This document shows positions 11,919 to 26,090 of a stretch of DNA of 64,000 nucleotides, in pieces (position 1 is the stretch's first letter; every line of letters starts with the position of its first letter). Made by a program: the position numbers and the translations under genes. The notes under the pieces are model-generated. The model was given only the letters and a program-made list of their open reading frames with translations. It made no database searches and had not been told where the DNA came from. Origin of the DNA: Eledone cirrhosa (lineage: Eukaryota). The DNA is taken from the NCBI GenBank assembly GCA_964016885.1, contig OZ024745.1, positions 85,374,001-85,438,000 of the forward strand, in the 5' to 3' direction.

Positions 11919-13592
11919 GACTGTTGAATTGAATACACGTGTTTTACTTCGTTTCGATGTAGGTCTTAATTTTTCGATATTTTAAGCTTTTTTTGAGGTT
12001 TCGAAAATACATAAGATTTTTCTATTGTTTCCCTAGAAGGCCCAAGCTCGCAAGGAGTTGGTCACCATATTCCATTTCTGCCTAAATGGCAGAAATTACT
12101 GAAAAATGAATTCCTTCCTCTAACAGCAAAAAGCATATGGCGTCAGAAAAAAGTGGTTTTCAGTTCACTTTTTTCTTCTCTGCTACTGAATATTTCAATA
12201 AGTATACTATTTTCATTTCATCTTCTATTTCAATAAGACCTATAATTTCAATGAACCGCTTTAGATTCAAATAATTTTAGAATTCTTTTTTGTTGTTGTT
12301 GATTTTTTGTTTTTGTTTTTTTGGAAAGAACATTAACATGTACGATTTGTGTTCAAATTTATTGACTTTATCTCCAAAGTCACCGGTATAATATTGTATC
12401 TTTATTTCATTTAGATAGGAGTTATTTGTTGGATTACTACAAATATTGATTTCTTACATTTGCATGAAGCCACAAATTTGTATACAATAGATGAATGGGA
12501 CTTAGTATTTAACTGGTACTTACTTTATTCACTCATCTGAAATAGATTAATTTATATATACTCAGGTATTTGTCGTCAAAATCTTGATTTTTCTCTTGGC
12601 TGCTTTTGTGTTACCCCGTCTCAGAACCATACAGAAGAGTAGAGATCATATTCGAGTTTTTGAATCGTTGCTGTAGATTCGTATCAGCAGCCGATGGAGG
12701 TTTATCTTGAGACGGTCTAGCGTCCCATCTCATAAGGTATCTTGTACTCTCGATCGCTTGACATCACAGTCTCTAGGCTGAAGAAAAAATTCAAATTTAA
12801 GTTAGATCCAAATCTAATTATTGAAGTTGCTGAATTATTGTTTTATATATCCTATAAAATATTTTTGAGTGTAGAAGCAAAATGGCCGCACAAACTTCAT
12901 AGAGTCGAATTCCCTACAAAGGTATATGGTGTTGGGCATCTTTATTCTCGTTAACATCCCTATGATAAAATAATCTTTTAGAGTTTTCTAAAATGATAGA
13001 CTAGCAAAATAAAAGAAATAATTCAATCGCCAATCTTGTGAGATTAAAATCTATCGTTGGTTTTAATTAATCTATGGTTGCAGTGGGAATGAATGCGTTT
13101 CTATACAATTCTCGTATTTAAGTCACTTTTGGTATGAAGTTCATAACACATATCAAATAGGGCTGTGAAGAGAATGATTCAGTTATGGTCAAATACATAC
13201 GAAAATTTGAGGAGGTGGATGAGGAGGCCTCTTTTGATGATGGATTTGCAACTTTTAAACTATTCTATATCATGCTACACCCATAGAAGCCCTGTTTTTG
13301 TTTCTGAAATAAGGATATTGAAATATATGTATCACTTTTCTCTAGAAAAATGTAAGACTTTTGGAAACTTGTCTTTCGATCATAATTTGAAGAGAAAATT
13401 TTTACACAGCATAATCATAAGAGTTGCCATCTTTGTTGTTTAGCCCCAGGTCAACATTGATCAAGAAGAGCTCTGAAAAAGAAGAAAAAACATCCGAGCT
13501 GTGACTATATTGTCTTATTTCTCTTGCTTGCAAAAGTATTATTAAAAATGTATTTTCCAAACTTCTGTTGGTGCGACAATTTTCGTTGGCCT

Positions 13593-13727
<135 letters not shown>

Positions 13728-14166
13728 CAAGGGAGTCTGTATGAATTCGGTATGGATTCTGCAACTGAGACGAATGACTGGCAAGCAGCTTTGTCCCCTG
13801 AAAGTGATATCTGAAAAAATCTCCAATTGGTCAGTTTTTCTAGACTAATTGGCGTTAGTTTGAGGCAAAGAAAAACCGAGCATCTATGTGCTACAAGGTC
13901 AATATGTGGTCACACTGACCTACTTTGCCAATATCGGCGGAAAAGTTCAAATTACTGCTACAGCTACATCTCGCAGATCGAGTGACTATGTTGAGGCTCT
14001 GCGTTTGTTTCTAATCTTGGAATTACACAACCTAGGTGAAGTGTATGAAACATGTCGTTGTGTCCATAGAAATATAACGGAACCAAAACTATTTTCCAGT
14101 TCTTCATAGAACTACGAAGACATATGGTAATCGTTAACATGCATGGGTGAGCATGAACAATATTCA

Positions 14167-14236
<70 letters not shown>

Positions 14237-14641
14237 GTGTGTGTGAGAGAGAGATAGAAAGGGAAGTTAGAAAGGAGACATACATATCTTGAAAAAGTTC
14301 AACCATAAGACTTTAATGAAATGATATCTATGCAATATAGCATATCAATTACAGCAATACGTGCAAACCAATTTGATATGAAATTATATTTAAGCAAATC
14401 ATTTAATCAATAATTATTTCATACAGATGTTTATCATATTTCGTGACTTGGGGAAACTATTAAATTGCAGGATTGTAATGAGAAAAAGAAATTGCATTAG
14501 AATGGGGAAGAAGAACAATACATGATGACAGCTAAATAGATATGAAGCAAGATATACACTTGAACGGCTACAGAAAATATGTTACAATATTCATCATTCT
14601 GTGCGTGTGTGAGTCTGCCTATATATATATATATATATATA

Positions 14642-14735
<94 letters not shown>

Positions 14736-15099
14736 CGACTGATAAGTTTCAGATATCCGGTACAATGCGGTAGAAATACATAAAGGGCAAAGGATGACAA
14801 AGAAAACAAAAACAAAGTATGCGTTACCCAATCTATTTCAATATAATATTTCAGGGCTAAAACCCTCTTTTCAAATGTGAAACTGAAACGGTTCAAAACG
14901 AAAACGAATGATCGATATCTTCTCTAACTTGTCTACTTGTCTGAAATACGCATGCGTGAAGCCGTTATATCAACTACTATAACGGCTCCACACATGCGTT
15001 TTTGAGGCACATAGACCACAATATCTCACAATGTTATTAAATATATATATATATGTTGTGGAAGATTACAGAAATAAACACTAAAAGCATACATGAAAT

Positions 15100-15720
15100 C
15101 GATTATCTCAGCTGCCAGAGAGACTCCATAGATGTTGGCAGATTTTGTTAATTAGATGACATAATCAGCAGTGTCATAGCCAGGGTTAAAAGAAGCTGGA
15201 AGAAGTTTAAGGAACTAGTACCTCTGGTGATAACTTAAGGGTTTTTCTTTCAGAATGAGACTGTATGATGTCTACATGCCTGTGAAACATAGACCTTGAC
15301 TACAGAAGACCTGCAAAGGCTAGAAAGAAATGAAGCAAGAATGCTTTGATAGATGTGTTATGTTAGTGTGTATAAACGATGTAGCATAAGCAAGGTGAAA
15401 GAACAACTTGACATAAGAGGAATTGGATGTGGTGTACTAGAGAGAAGACTGCGTTGATATGGTCATGTAATGTATATGGCAGATGACAACTGTAAAAAAT
15501 GCAGAGAAATTTCATGACTAAGAAAAGAGGTAGATTTAATCAGACATGGGGTAGCGTAGTGAAGAATGATTTTTAAGAAGCTGAACCTCACAACAGAGAT
15601 TACAAATTACCGCAAAGAGTGGCGATATGCAAAAAAGTGCTGATGCCACAAAAACGAACCCAGTACACCGTGTAAGGCGGTTGTTGATAGGAAGGGCATC
15701 CAGCTATAGAGATCGTGTCA
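15100..15720 (+). mobile_element. Heavily decayed RTE LINE 3' fragment
   Basis: Homologous to 20650-21200 (ctggaagaagtttaaggaact, gaaagaaatgaagcaagaatg). Tail motif ggaagggcatccagctatag. Confidence 0.75.
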
Positions 15721-16005
15721 AAAAGAGTTGAAAGGACTCTCCAATTGTGTCAAAGATATGACAACCTACTTGGTGACAACCAATGCACTATGTAGAGTGG
15801 GGGATCATCTGAAACATTAGTAGCTTTGAGTGAGTACTGACCTGGTCAATGACAACCCATCCAACCATTACCAACAAAGAAAACAAACGTTAAATAATGA
15901 TGATGAGGTGAACACATTATTTATTGATTTTTTTTTGTGTGAGAGGGGGGGGGGGTTATATGTACATCTATCTATATATATGTATGTATGTGTGTGTATA
16001 TATAT

Positions 16006-16864
16006 CATCATCATCATCAACATCTTCGTTTAACGTCCATCTTCCACGCTAGCATGGGTTAGACGGGAGTTGTCCCATTTGAGGCAAGGTTGGTCGGATG
16101 ACCGTGTCTCACTCATATAGGACTATCTGGCAGGTTTTCTATGGCTGGACCGTTCCTAACACCAACCACATTTACAGTGTGGACTGGGAACTTTTTACCA
16201 TGTTACCTACACGGCCACATTACAGTGTGGACTGTGTTTTTTTTGTCGTGACACCTATACGATCTCAATCTCATTATCTCATTTATTTGGACTGAATGTT
16301 GTGGTACCAACTTTACACAGAGAGGGTGGTATTAGTGGGAGTGGGAGGATAGTGTAGGGGTAGTGGATTGGGGTGTATATTTGGTTAAGAGGTGGCTACT
16401 GGCTGTAGGTTTCGCTTTGTACATAGGCAAGGTGGGTCTTTTGTATTACTGCGTAGTGTCAAATATCTCAGTCCAGTGACATTGTCTTAGGGAGGTGCAA
16501 GTGTGTAAGGTTGGAATTTATCAAATCGCTCAGGTTTTTCTGGGTCTACCTACTCCGTAACTTCCATCAATTTTGATCGCCCTCAACTTTTTTTCATGTG
16601 CATCACGTGACCATACCAACGTAGTCTTCTCTCAAGTAAAGAGCATCTGCTTCCTCTTATTCCTAATTTCTCACTTAGTTCATTTATGCTTTGCCGTTCA
16701 CGTATATTTCTATTACACATCCAACGGAGCATGCATGCTTCGTTCCTTCCAGTCTGAGCAGGTCCTCTGCACGCAATGCCCATGTCTCACTGCCATGTAT
16801 CATTGCTGTTCGTATACAGGCATCATACAATCTGTCTTTCATTTTTATAGAGAAACCTTTTGTG

Positions 16865-16868
<4 letters not shown>
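16006..16868 (-). mobile_element. RTE LINE 3' fragment with modular 3' UTR and (GAT)n tail
   Basis: ATKGFSIKMKDRLYDACIRTAMIHGSETW...RRLRWYGHVM. The tail matches 21400-21780. Confidence 0.88.
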
Positions 16869-16910
<42 letters not shown>

Positions 16911-16948
16911 TAAGTTATTCCGGGTTGAACCGGAGGTAACCACAGTAA

Positions 16949-17056
16949 GTAAGGTACTCAATACATAGCAGAGTATAAAAGTGTTAATATAGATGAGATT
17001 CTACAGGACTAGAACTATAGAATCTCTATATAAAAACTTTATACTATGCTATGTAT

Positions 17057-17059
<3 letters not shown>
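16949..17059. repeat. Imperfect ~110 bp hairpin within a small TA-embedded element (16908-17060)
   Basis: tcaatacatagcagagtataaa...gagattcta / tagaatctc...tttatactatgctatgtattga. Confidence 0.7.
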
Positions 17060-17105
<46 letters not shown>

Positions 17106-17301
17106 GATAAATCTACCAAGAGTTTACGGTAGTGTCCAATCCGTATATTTAATCTTGATAATTTGTATAATTTTGTATAATTTTGTACATAGATCTGTTG
17201 AATATGCATACCAATTATAACACATATATACCCTAGAAACGATCGTTAAATAATGAATTTTTTTGTTTAATATAAGGAATTGTTTATTCATTATTTGTTT
17301 A

Positions 17302-17351
<50 letters not shown>

Positions 17352-17393
17352 AGACAAACGAAAACAGAAACACAAACCCTACATCTCAATTTC

Positions 17394-17430
17394 ACTTTTG
17401 AAAATCATAAGAACTGTGAAACCGGTAAAT
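17394..17430 (+). ncRNA. Decayed U3-A8 HHR, same family as 54530
   Basis: actt-TTGAAAA-tcataagaactgt-GAAA-CCGG-TA-aat. Shares the downstream gactccagctgcattttc sequence. Confidence 0.45.
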
Positions 17431-17559
17431 CAATAAATATTCTTAAAAGACTCCAGCTGCATTTTCAATTTCTTTATAAATAACTAGTGGGACCCGTGGA
17501 AATTCCACGGACAAAAAAATGAAATAGAGAAGATATTCTCTGGTTGACTTGTGTGTGCC

Positions 17560-18730
17560 GGGTGGCCTGGATCTCTGGAAGATCACCTAAGCAATGGCAA
17601 TCGGGATGATAATCTCAATTTTCAAAAAGGGAGACAAGAAAGATTGTTCCAATTACAGAGGGATCTCCTTGTTAAGCCTCCTCAGTAAAGTCTACGCTAA
17701 GTATCTGGCAAAAAGATGAAGGGAGATTGTCGAGTCCAAACTAGTTGATGAACAGTGCAGTTTTCACCCTTGATGCAGCATAGCTGACCAAATATTCACA
17801 CTGCAGCAGGTCTTCGAGAAATCATGGGAGAATTGCAAAGATGTATATTGTTTTGTAGATCTGGAAGGTTGTGCTGCCCTGAACTCTCTATATGAATTCC
17901 CAAGTGTTTGTGTTCAGTATCAGTTCAAAATGGGAGTCAGACTCCGCCAAGGGTGCGTACTGTCACTTCTTCTGTTCGTTATTTACATGAACAGGATTAA
18001 CATGCACAGCTGGGCTGGAAGTGGTATCACAAAGGGCAGGTGTAAAATTGGTCAGCTGGAATTTGCAGATCACAGTGTTAATTTAACTCGACAGAAGGTG
18101 ATCTTAACTTGCATTTGATAGGTTTGATGCTGAGTGCTACATCGCTGGAATGAAAATTAGTGCTGCAAAAACTGAAACACTCATCCCCTCAAGGAAGCCA
18201 GCACAGTGCACTTGCAACCATGTTCATGAATGATGGAAGGCAGGAGGCTGAATTAAGTGCAAGAATTATAAGAGCTGGTGCAGTAATATGCCAGCTTCAG
18301 CATTCGGTAATCAGAAGAAGGGAGGTAGGTATAAAAGCCAAACTTGCTATCTCTAATTCAGTATTCATTCCAACGCTTACCTACAGTTTTGAATCTTGAG
18401 TAATAACCAAAAGAATACTATTGTGAATACATGTAGCCACAATAGGGTTCCCCCGAAGGGTTTTTGGAGTAACATTACTTGATTAGAGTGCGTAGCTCGA
18501 AGATGAGATACTATGGGCATGTGGTTAGAATGTCTCAGGAAAGAATTGCTGGACAGATTTTATGGGCAAAACTAACCAGCAGGAGACCCAGGGGTAGACC
18601 CCTAGCAAGATGGTTGGATAGCATCCATGAGCTTGGCTGGTCTCGCTTGGAAATGGAGCCAGATCAGTTAGAGATGGTTACTTCTGACAGGACCAGCTGG
18701 AAGGAGTGTTTGAAGAGTCTGCTCCTATGT
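17560..18730 (+). mobile_element. Decayed RTE-type LINE RT fragment (second family)
   Basis: FKKGDKKDCSNYRGISLLS, GVRLRQGCVLSLLLF, YYGHVVRM...RRPRGRPLARW. Many stops. Confidence 0.85.
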
Positions 18731-18743
18731 CCCTCTCCAACTT

Positions 18744-19433
18744 TTGACATCTCTCCAGGAAGCAGCTACCCTCGTTGGCCTTCATCTCAATGAGGGTAAA
18801 ACAGAGTACATATCAAACTGTAGAGGCAACAGCATCAAAGCAATCAATGGCAATGATATCAAGCAAGTCGAGGATTTCAAGTATCTCGGTTCCTGGTTCA
18901 TGGACTCTGAGAAGAATTTCGTCACTAGAAAGGGTCAAGCATGGTCAGCTTGCAACAAGATTGATCGAGTTTGGCACTCAAATCTTTCCAACCATACCAA
19001 GATCAGACTCTTCCAAGTAACAATTCAACCAATCTTGCTATATGGAAGTGAAACATGGACGCTTTCATCCAAATAACAAAAGCACCTTGATGGCACTTAC
19101 ATTTGCCTGCTTCAACGCATTCAGAACATAAGCTGGTGACGTCTGCCTTTGGGAGAGATATATGCCAGCCTCCCAGGCATATCTGTCATTGTACGTAAGA
19201 GGAGAGTATGATTTGCTGGCCACTGCCATCGTGCCACCTACGAGGCTGTGTTCCCATTAGTGCTTTGGAAACCACAAGCAGTCACTAATAACAGGGGGCA
19301 CAAGCTCTCCTACCCCTATGTCATCTCCAGAGATTCTGATATTGAAATCCAGGACTTGGCAACGGCAAGGAACAACAGACTCACGTGGAGAGTTGTTGAG
19401 TTCATTTAGGCTGAGGCCACCAGATGATGATGA
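18744..19433 (+). mobile_element. RTE-type LINE 3' fragment (third family) ending in gatgatgatga
   Basis: GLHLNEGKTEY...VEDFKYLGS...PILLYGSETWTL. Related to the RT at 38749-39807. Confidence 0.85.
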
Positions 19434-19617
19434 TCCTCTCAGGAATAAGTGGGCGAAGAAGATATATAATATATACATCTAAATGTATATATGTGTGTGT
19501 GTGTGTATATATGTATATATATAATATTATATACATCTATATGTATATATGTGTGTATATATATATATACATTTATAAGTGTATATATAATGTGTGTGTG
19601 TGTGTATATATACATCT

Positions 19618-21778
19618 ATCATAAGGCGATCAAAGACATGAAGACAGGCAAGGCAGCCGGGCCTTCGGAAATAGTTTCTGAAATGCTGAAAGCATCTGGA
19701 ACGGTGGGACACACTATGGTCACCCGGATAGTAAACCAAGTCATACAGAATGGGGTCATTCCGAAGGACTGGCACAGCAGCATCAAGGGTAAAGGTGATG
19801 CCCTAGATAGGGGAAACTATAGAGACATTAAATTAATTGACCAGGTCATGAAGGTCACAGAAAAAGTAATAGCGCAACTAATCAGAGAGCGAATTGATCT
19901 AGACGAAATGCAGTTCGGGTTTGTGTCAGGTAAAAGTACCACAGACGCTCTTTTCATTGTACGACAACTACAGGAGAAGTACCTAGCTAAAAGTAAACCC
20001 CTATACTTAGATTTTGTTGACTTGGAGAAAACCTTTGACAGAGTACCCCGCTCGATTATCTGGTGGGCCCTTAGAAAACTAGGTGTTGATGAATGGCTTG
20101 TGAGAGCTATACATGCCATGTATAAAGAAACAGTCAGCAAGGTTAGAATTAACTACAAATATAGTAAAGAGTTTAGTGTAAAAGTTGGTGTTCATCAGGG
20201 CTCTGTCCTTAGCCCCTACTATTTATTATTGCCCTTCAGGCTATAACAGAGGAGATCAAGACCGGCTGCCCATGGGAACTCCTATATGCAGATGATCTAA
20301 CGCTCATAGCTGAATCAATGGCTGAACTAGAGAAGAAATTCCAAACATGGAAGCATGGCCTAGAATCAAAAGGCCTTAAATTTAACTTGTCTAAGACTAA
20401 AGTTCTAGTTTGTAGGAAGGAAAATAGGGCACCGGTTCCATCTGGGAAATGGCCATGCTCAGTGTGTAGGAAAGGAGTAGGCAGAAACTTCATTTTATGT
20501 CCCAAATGTAAAGTATGGGTGCATAAAAGATGTAGTGGGATCACAGGTAAGCTAACTAAGAATATAGATTTTATATGTGGCCGGTGCTCTGGTGCAATAA
20601 GTAGCAGCAAGTGCCCACAGAATACTAGCTCATTCCATTGCACAGATGGTTCTATAGAAATAGTGGACAGCTTCCGTTACCTGGGTGACAAAATCAGCAG
20701 TGAGGGAGGATGCTCTGAAAGTACAGTAGCTAGAGTCAGAACGGGATGGAAAAAGTTCAGAGAGCTTATACCACTATTGGCCACTAAAGGGTTCTCTCTA
20801 AAAATGAAAGGCATGCTGTATGATGCCTGCATACGAACAGCAATGTTACATGGCAGTGAGACCTGGGAATTGTGTGCAGAGGATATACGCAGACTGGAGA
20901 GAAACGAAGTTTGCATGCTCCGCTGGATGTGTAATATTAATATACGTGAACGGCAAAGCATAAACGAACTAAGGTAGAAATTAGGAATAAGAGGGATCAG
21001 ATGTTGTTTACTCGAGAGAAGACGACGTTGGTCCGGTCACGTGATGCGCATGAAAGACGACAGCTGTATAAAAAAGTGCAGGGCGATAAAAATAGACGGT
21101 AGCCACGGAGTAGGCAGACCCAGAAAAACCTGGGACGACTTGATAAATTCCGACCTCACACACTTACACCTCTCCAAGACAATGTCACTGGATCGAGATC
21201 TTTGACACTACACAATTATACAGAAGGCCCGCCTTGCCTAAGTACAAAGCGAAACCTACAGTCAGTAAGCACCTCTAACAAAATAACCCCCCCCCCCCAC
21301 TACCCCCCCCCCACCCCATCCACACCACCCCCTTAAATGTGAAGTTATGTTTGTACCACAACATCCAGTCCGAAACAAATGAGGTCGTATAGGTGTCACG
21401 ACAAAAAAAAGACACAGTCCACGCTGTAATGTGGCCGTGTAGGTAACACGGTAAAAACCTCCCAGTACACACTGTAAACATGGTTGGTGTTGGGAAGGGC
21501 ACCCAGCCGTAGAAAACCCGCCAGACGTGTAGGTGCCACGACAAAAAAACACACAGTCCACGCTGTAATGTGGCCGTGTAGGTAACACGGTAAAAACCTC
21601 CCAGTCCACACTGTAAACGTGGTTGGTGTTAGGAAGGGCATCCAGCCGTAGAAAACCCGCCAGACAGTCCTATACGAGCAGGACAACCAATCTTGCCTCA
21701 AGTGGGAAAACTCCCGTCCAAACCCATGCAAGCGTGGAAGATGGACGTTAAACGATGATGATGATGATGATGATGATC
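19618..21778 (+). mobile_element. 5'-truncated RTE LINE: RT with PHD-like Cys/His insert, modular 3' UTR, (GAT)n tail
   Basis: KAAGPSEIV...MQFGF...FVDLEKTFDRVPR...GVHQGSVLSP, YADD-equivalent, WPCSVCRKG...HKRC. Tail gatggacgttaaacgatgatgat. Confidence 0.93.
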
Positions 21779-21838
21779 ATCATCATCATCATCATCATCA
21801 TTTTACATCCGCTTTTATATATATATATTGTGTGTGTA

Positions 21839-21905
21839 TAGGAACGAGTAGGCCCCCGACGGCTGAGCTCAGCCCGTTTCGACGGCTAATTCTGGACGCA
21901 GAATT
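21839..21905 (-). ncRNA. 3' half of an HHR (stem II to stem I), 5' core lost
   Basis: aattctgcgtccagaattagccgtc-GAAA-CGGGCTGAGCTCAGCCG-TC-ggggg. Same family as 37839-37952. Confidence 0.5.
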
Positions 21906-24419
21906 GTGTGTGTATATATATACATCTATATATATATATGTGTGTGTATGTGTATATATATATATATATACAAGGATAGAGAGTGAACCTCATATGTTGA
22001 ACATTCCCAAATATGTTGAGAAGAAGGTTAGTTATATATTCAGTGGCGCCATCTGCATCAGTTATTGCAACTGTTAAATGTTAATGCGATTTTAAAACAA
22101 ACAACAAACAAAACAAAATAAAACAAAACTGATTAACTATGGAATTGTACTTACATAACTAACTATTATAGAGAAAAGCTGGTTGATTTAGGGACATTCT
22201 TAGGATGTAGTTTAACACAAAAATATATTTCGCAGCTGCCATCCTTAGTTAACATGACATCACTGTTATAATGCCAGTGTTGTTACCAGATAGCCGTCGT
22301 ATTTCTATGACAACATTGATAACATAACCAAATAACTTCAGTTTTGAGCCTTATTTTGCTTACATATATTTAGAAGTCACATATTTTCGAACCAATCTAG
22401 CTTATTTCTGTATTTTAATATTGAAATATATAAAACATTGCAATACTTACTAATAAAAGGCGCCCTAGTTTGTTTTCTACAAGCTTTCTCAGTTCAGTTG
22501 CAAGTTTTATCAATGGATAAGAAAATATACAGGAATTTATGGAATATTCAAAGTCTATCTGTATTATGTATCAGGAATATTATAGTATTTCACACATACA
22601 CATGCACTCGCACACACATTATTATGAAGAAAATTTACTAGAGACTAAAATTATACATAAGCTGGTTGGCTGTTGTTGTTGAGAGCCATTTCATCCCTGA
22701 TCAAGTAGAATTATAATCACAGATGTTTCTACCATGACCATCCCATATTCATTTATAAACAATACAGCATTACCCACTGTTTCATTAGGAGGTTATTTTA
22801 GGTGCTATTTCTAGCAAATTAAGAGATTGCCTAAACCAGGGATAAAAAAATTCACCTGCAGGCAAATTTTTGCCAATATTTAAAATAGAAACATCTCATT
22901 GATTAATTCATTTATAATACCTATAAGTTAGGAAAATTAAAGATTCATAGTGATATAGATCCCCCCCGCCCCTCCCAACAGGTTCTCATATTGTCTTTAG
23001 CAGAGGGTATTGGATTGACAGAATTGTTAGTTTTTCAACTCATTTAGTGTGTCTATGTAGTACACCTGTACAGCAGCACTGACTCCACTGTACCTAGGAA
23101 GAATTTACTTCATGCTATCTATTTATTTGTGACAAAGTGGCAGAGACATTAAAGCATGGACATTAAAGTATTTGTTCAAATCTCACCAAGGTCACTATTT
23201 CAGACCAATAAAATAAAGTGCCAGTAGCATTATTGGAATGTGTTAGAACATTGAACAAGATATCAGGCAGCATTTGTACTGGGTCATTGTTCAAATCTTG
23301 TTGTGACTTACTTGGGTGGTAGATTTAACCTACCTGTCTTTTGGGTAACTCAAGTGGAATCACATCAATTGCAAGCCTTTCGACTTGGGTTTCTTATTGA
23401 TAATACATTTCTTCATCCCTCCCACCAGTTTAGGATGTCCTGAAAAGAGTCATGGGTATTGCTTCCATATCCTGACTAAAGGGTAACAGCAAAATAGTTA
23501 TATACAACTAGACAGAGTGTGCCAGATTGCTTTTCAAGACAATTCAATATATCTATCTAAATTTGAGGAATTCTCATTTAGATTATTGTTGTCGATGTTG
23601 ACAATGCAAGCCTTTACCATTTTCTTCAGATTTCTGACTTTACCCAAGCATTATATAGGGCATGGAGAGTTGTCAATTGAAACAACTTCTAGTTGCCGAA
23701 AGTGTTCTTTCCTTTCTTTATGATGTAATTTGATGGAGGTTTGGATCCTATTTCTCTTTGCCTCGTATATTTGTGCTGTGTGTAAGGATTTGAATAACTG
23801 GCAACCGAAAGATGTGTAAATTGGTGGATGGAATATGCATATATTTATACAATGATGCGTGAGTGTGTGTCCGTGAAATATATATATGTTTATACAATGA
23901 TGCATGAGTGTATGTCCGTGAAATATAGATACACCAGGTCCGAACACAAAAGAACTAAACTCCCATTGGAACTTATCAACCCTGGAGTGAAGAAGGTTGA
24001 AGGAATCAAGTTTACAATGAAATTGTAAAAAGGCACAATTATATGCCAGAAAGCATTCTACCATTTCTGCAACTACACTATCCCTGCTACCTAATGTATT
24101 GCTTTCTAACAGTGACTCAAGACTACTAACCAGTAATTCTTAAGAGGAGGGTCTCTATAGTCAATAGACTCAACTTCAGTACATTAGTCCTACTTATTTT
24201 ATTGACTTCTGTAGGACGAAAGGCAAAGTTGAGGCAACCTGATTTCAGCTTTAAACCAGGGCCAACAAAATAGAGCAATTTATTTTTGTATTCTTCTGAT
24301 TCTACCTTCCCTCCCATCTCATACCTAACATAAGATTTATATATATATACATGTGCAACTTGAGTGAGATTTGTCTGCTAATTCTAGCAGATCCAGAAGC
24401 CACATTGGCCCTAAATGTT

Positions 24420-25232
24420 TTCACTTTGGCTACAAAATGAATGTAACTTCATCTCCTTCCTGAGAGGGTTGTTGGGGCAGACTCCTCAAACACTCCTTCC
24501 AGTGGGTCCTGTCAGAAGCAACTGTCTCCAACTGATCCGGCTCGATCTCCAAGTGAGACCAGCCAAGCTCATGGACGTTATCCAACATTCTTGCTCAGGT
24601 TCTAACCCTGGATCTCCGGTTGGTTTTGCCCATAGTATTGGAGCTGTGATTTCTCAATTTGAAGTACCAGCTCTACCTGGAGTGACTCTCTGATCTCCGA
24701 GCTATGCACACTAGTGAATAACATCACGCCAAAGAGCGTTCGGAGGAACTCCATTTCAGCTGCTTGTATTGGCAATTGTATTCGTTTAGTAATTACCCAA
24801 GTTGCATGGCCATAGGTGAAGACGCATGGCTTAGTGGTTAGAGCATTGGGCTTGCAATCGAAAGGTTGTGAGTTCAATTCTCGGACCGGGTGATGTGTTG
24901 TTTCCTTGAGCAAGACACTTTATTTCACGTTGCTCCAGTTTACTCAGCTGTAGAAATGAGATGATAAGACTGGGGTCCCTATCATTAAATTACCCAAGAG
25001 ACCTCCAACGAGATATACCTTGGAGGAGGCCAGCTAAACCTGCAAGGTGGGAGCTGTCACACATATACACATGGCCATAGGTAAGGGTTGGCATGAATAT
25101 CGAATTGAAGATAGCGAGTTTGACTTTTACACCTACACTCCTTCTTCTGATGACCAAATGCTGAAGCTGGCACATTACTGCATCAGCTCTTGCAATTTTT
25201 GCACTTAATTCAGCCTCCTGCCTTCCATCACT
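24420..25232 (-). mobile_element. Decayed RTE fragment (family of 17560-18730) interrupted by a SINE
   Basis: KLAIFNSIFMPTLTYGH|ATWVITKRIQLPIQAAEMEFLR is continuous across the SINE. Confidence 0.8.
24818..25069 (+). mobile_element. tRNA-derived SINE with CORE-like body and 13-bp TSD
   Basis: A box TGGCTTAGTGG, B box GAGTTCAATTC, then ccttgagcaagacacttt. TSD CATGGCCATAGGT at 24805-24817 and 25070-25082. Confidence 0.88.
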
Positions 25233-25774
25233 TGTGTAACGTTCTCAAAAAGCAAATAAAATACATAGCAGTACACACTCACACACAAATCCCTCTGGCT
25301 GTAAATTATATTTTTTTAAATTACTTTTTAAATAATCTTTTTATTTCCTCTATGAAGGTAGGGATTAAATAATATTACATAATTTTTTTTTATTTAAATG
25401 TATATATATTATTTAATTATTTATTCAAGTTCAGAAAAAAACATAATTCTATATCGTTGCTGGAAACCCAAATTATTCAAAAATAACAGAACCATAGAAT
25501 AATAGGAGAATACTCCCAGAGTATTTTTGTTTTCATGCATATATTCTTTCTTTGAGTAGTAAAATCAGGTCAAGACTACTTTTAGCTTTTCATGCTGTTT
25601 TCTAATCTCTTTATCACATTGTTTCCATGTTGAAACAGTCAACTTTTTCAACAAGGAAAGAAACAGGTCATACACTTTGAAAACAATCATATTACAGCAG
25701 TTGTGGAATTCTTCAGCTTTTTTACCCAGTTTCAAATAGTAAAGATTTGTTTGTTTGGGGAACTATTATAATGC

Positions 25775-26090
25775 TTACAACGATGATGTTGTTGTTGATG
25801 GTGATTGTGGCAGTGGTGGTTGTGGTGGTGATGAGACTGATACTGATGGGGATTGTGGTGGTGATAGTGCTGTTGAGGATGGTTGTGTTGATTATGCTGG
25901 TGCTGATGGTGATGATAGTGATAGCACTTCTGATGGTTATGATAGTGATAATACTGCTGATATGATGGTGGTGGTGGTGGGAGTGCTAGTGCTAGTGGTT
26001 CTTGTACTTATGGTTTTTTGTGCTGATGATGGTGGTGGCAATGCTGGTGAAGGTGGTATTTGTGGAAATGGTAATGTTGATTATGATAAA
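25775..26090. repeat. Degenerate (GGT/GAT)n low-complexity tract
   Basis: Seen directly. A similar (GGT/GTT)n tract lies at 30205-30500. Confidence 0.85.

Noticed and set aside
23500-24064. Possible host exon or coding remnant
   Set aside because: Only a weak acceptor-like tract. No recognisable protein, frequent stops and no partner exons.
24820-24895. tRNA gene
   Set aside because: A and B boxes run into a SINE body and are flanked by a TSD. No proper acceptor stem.
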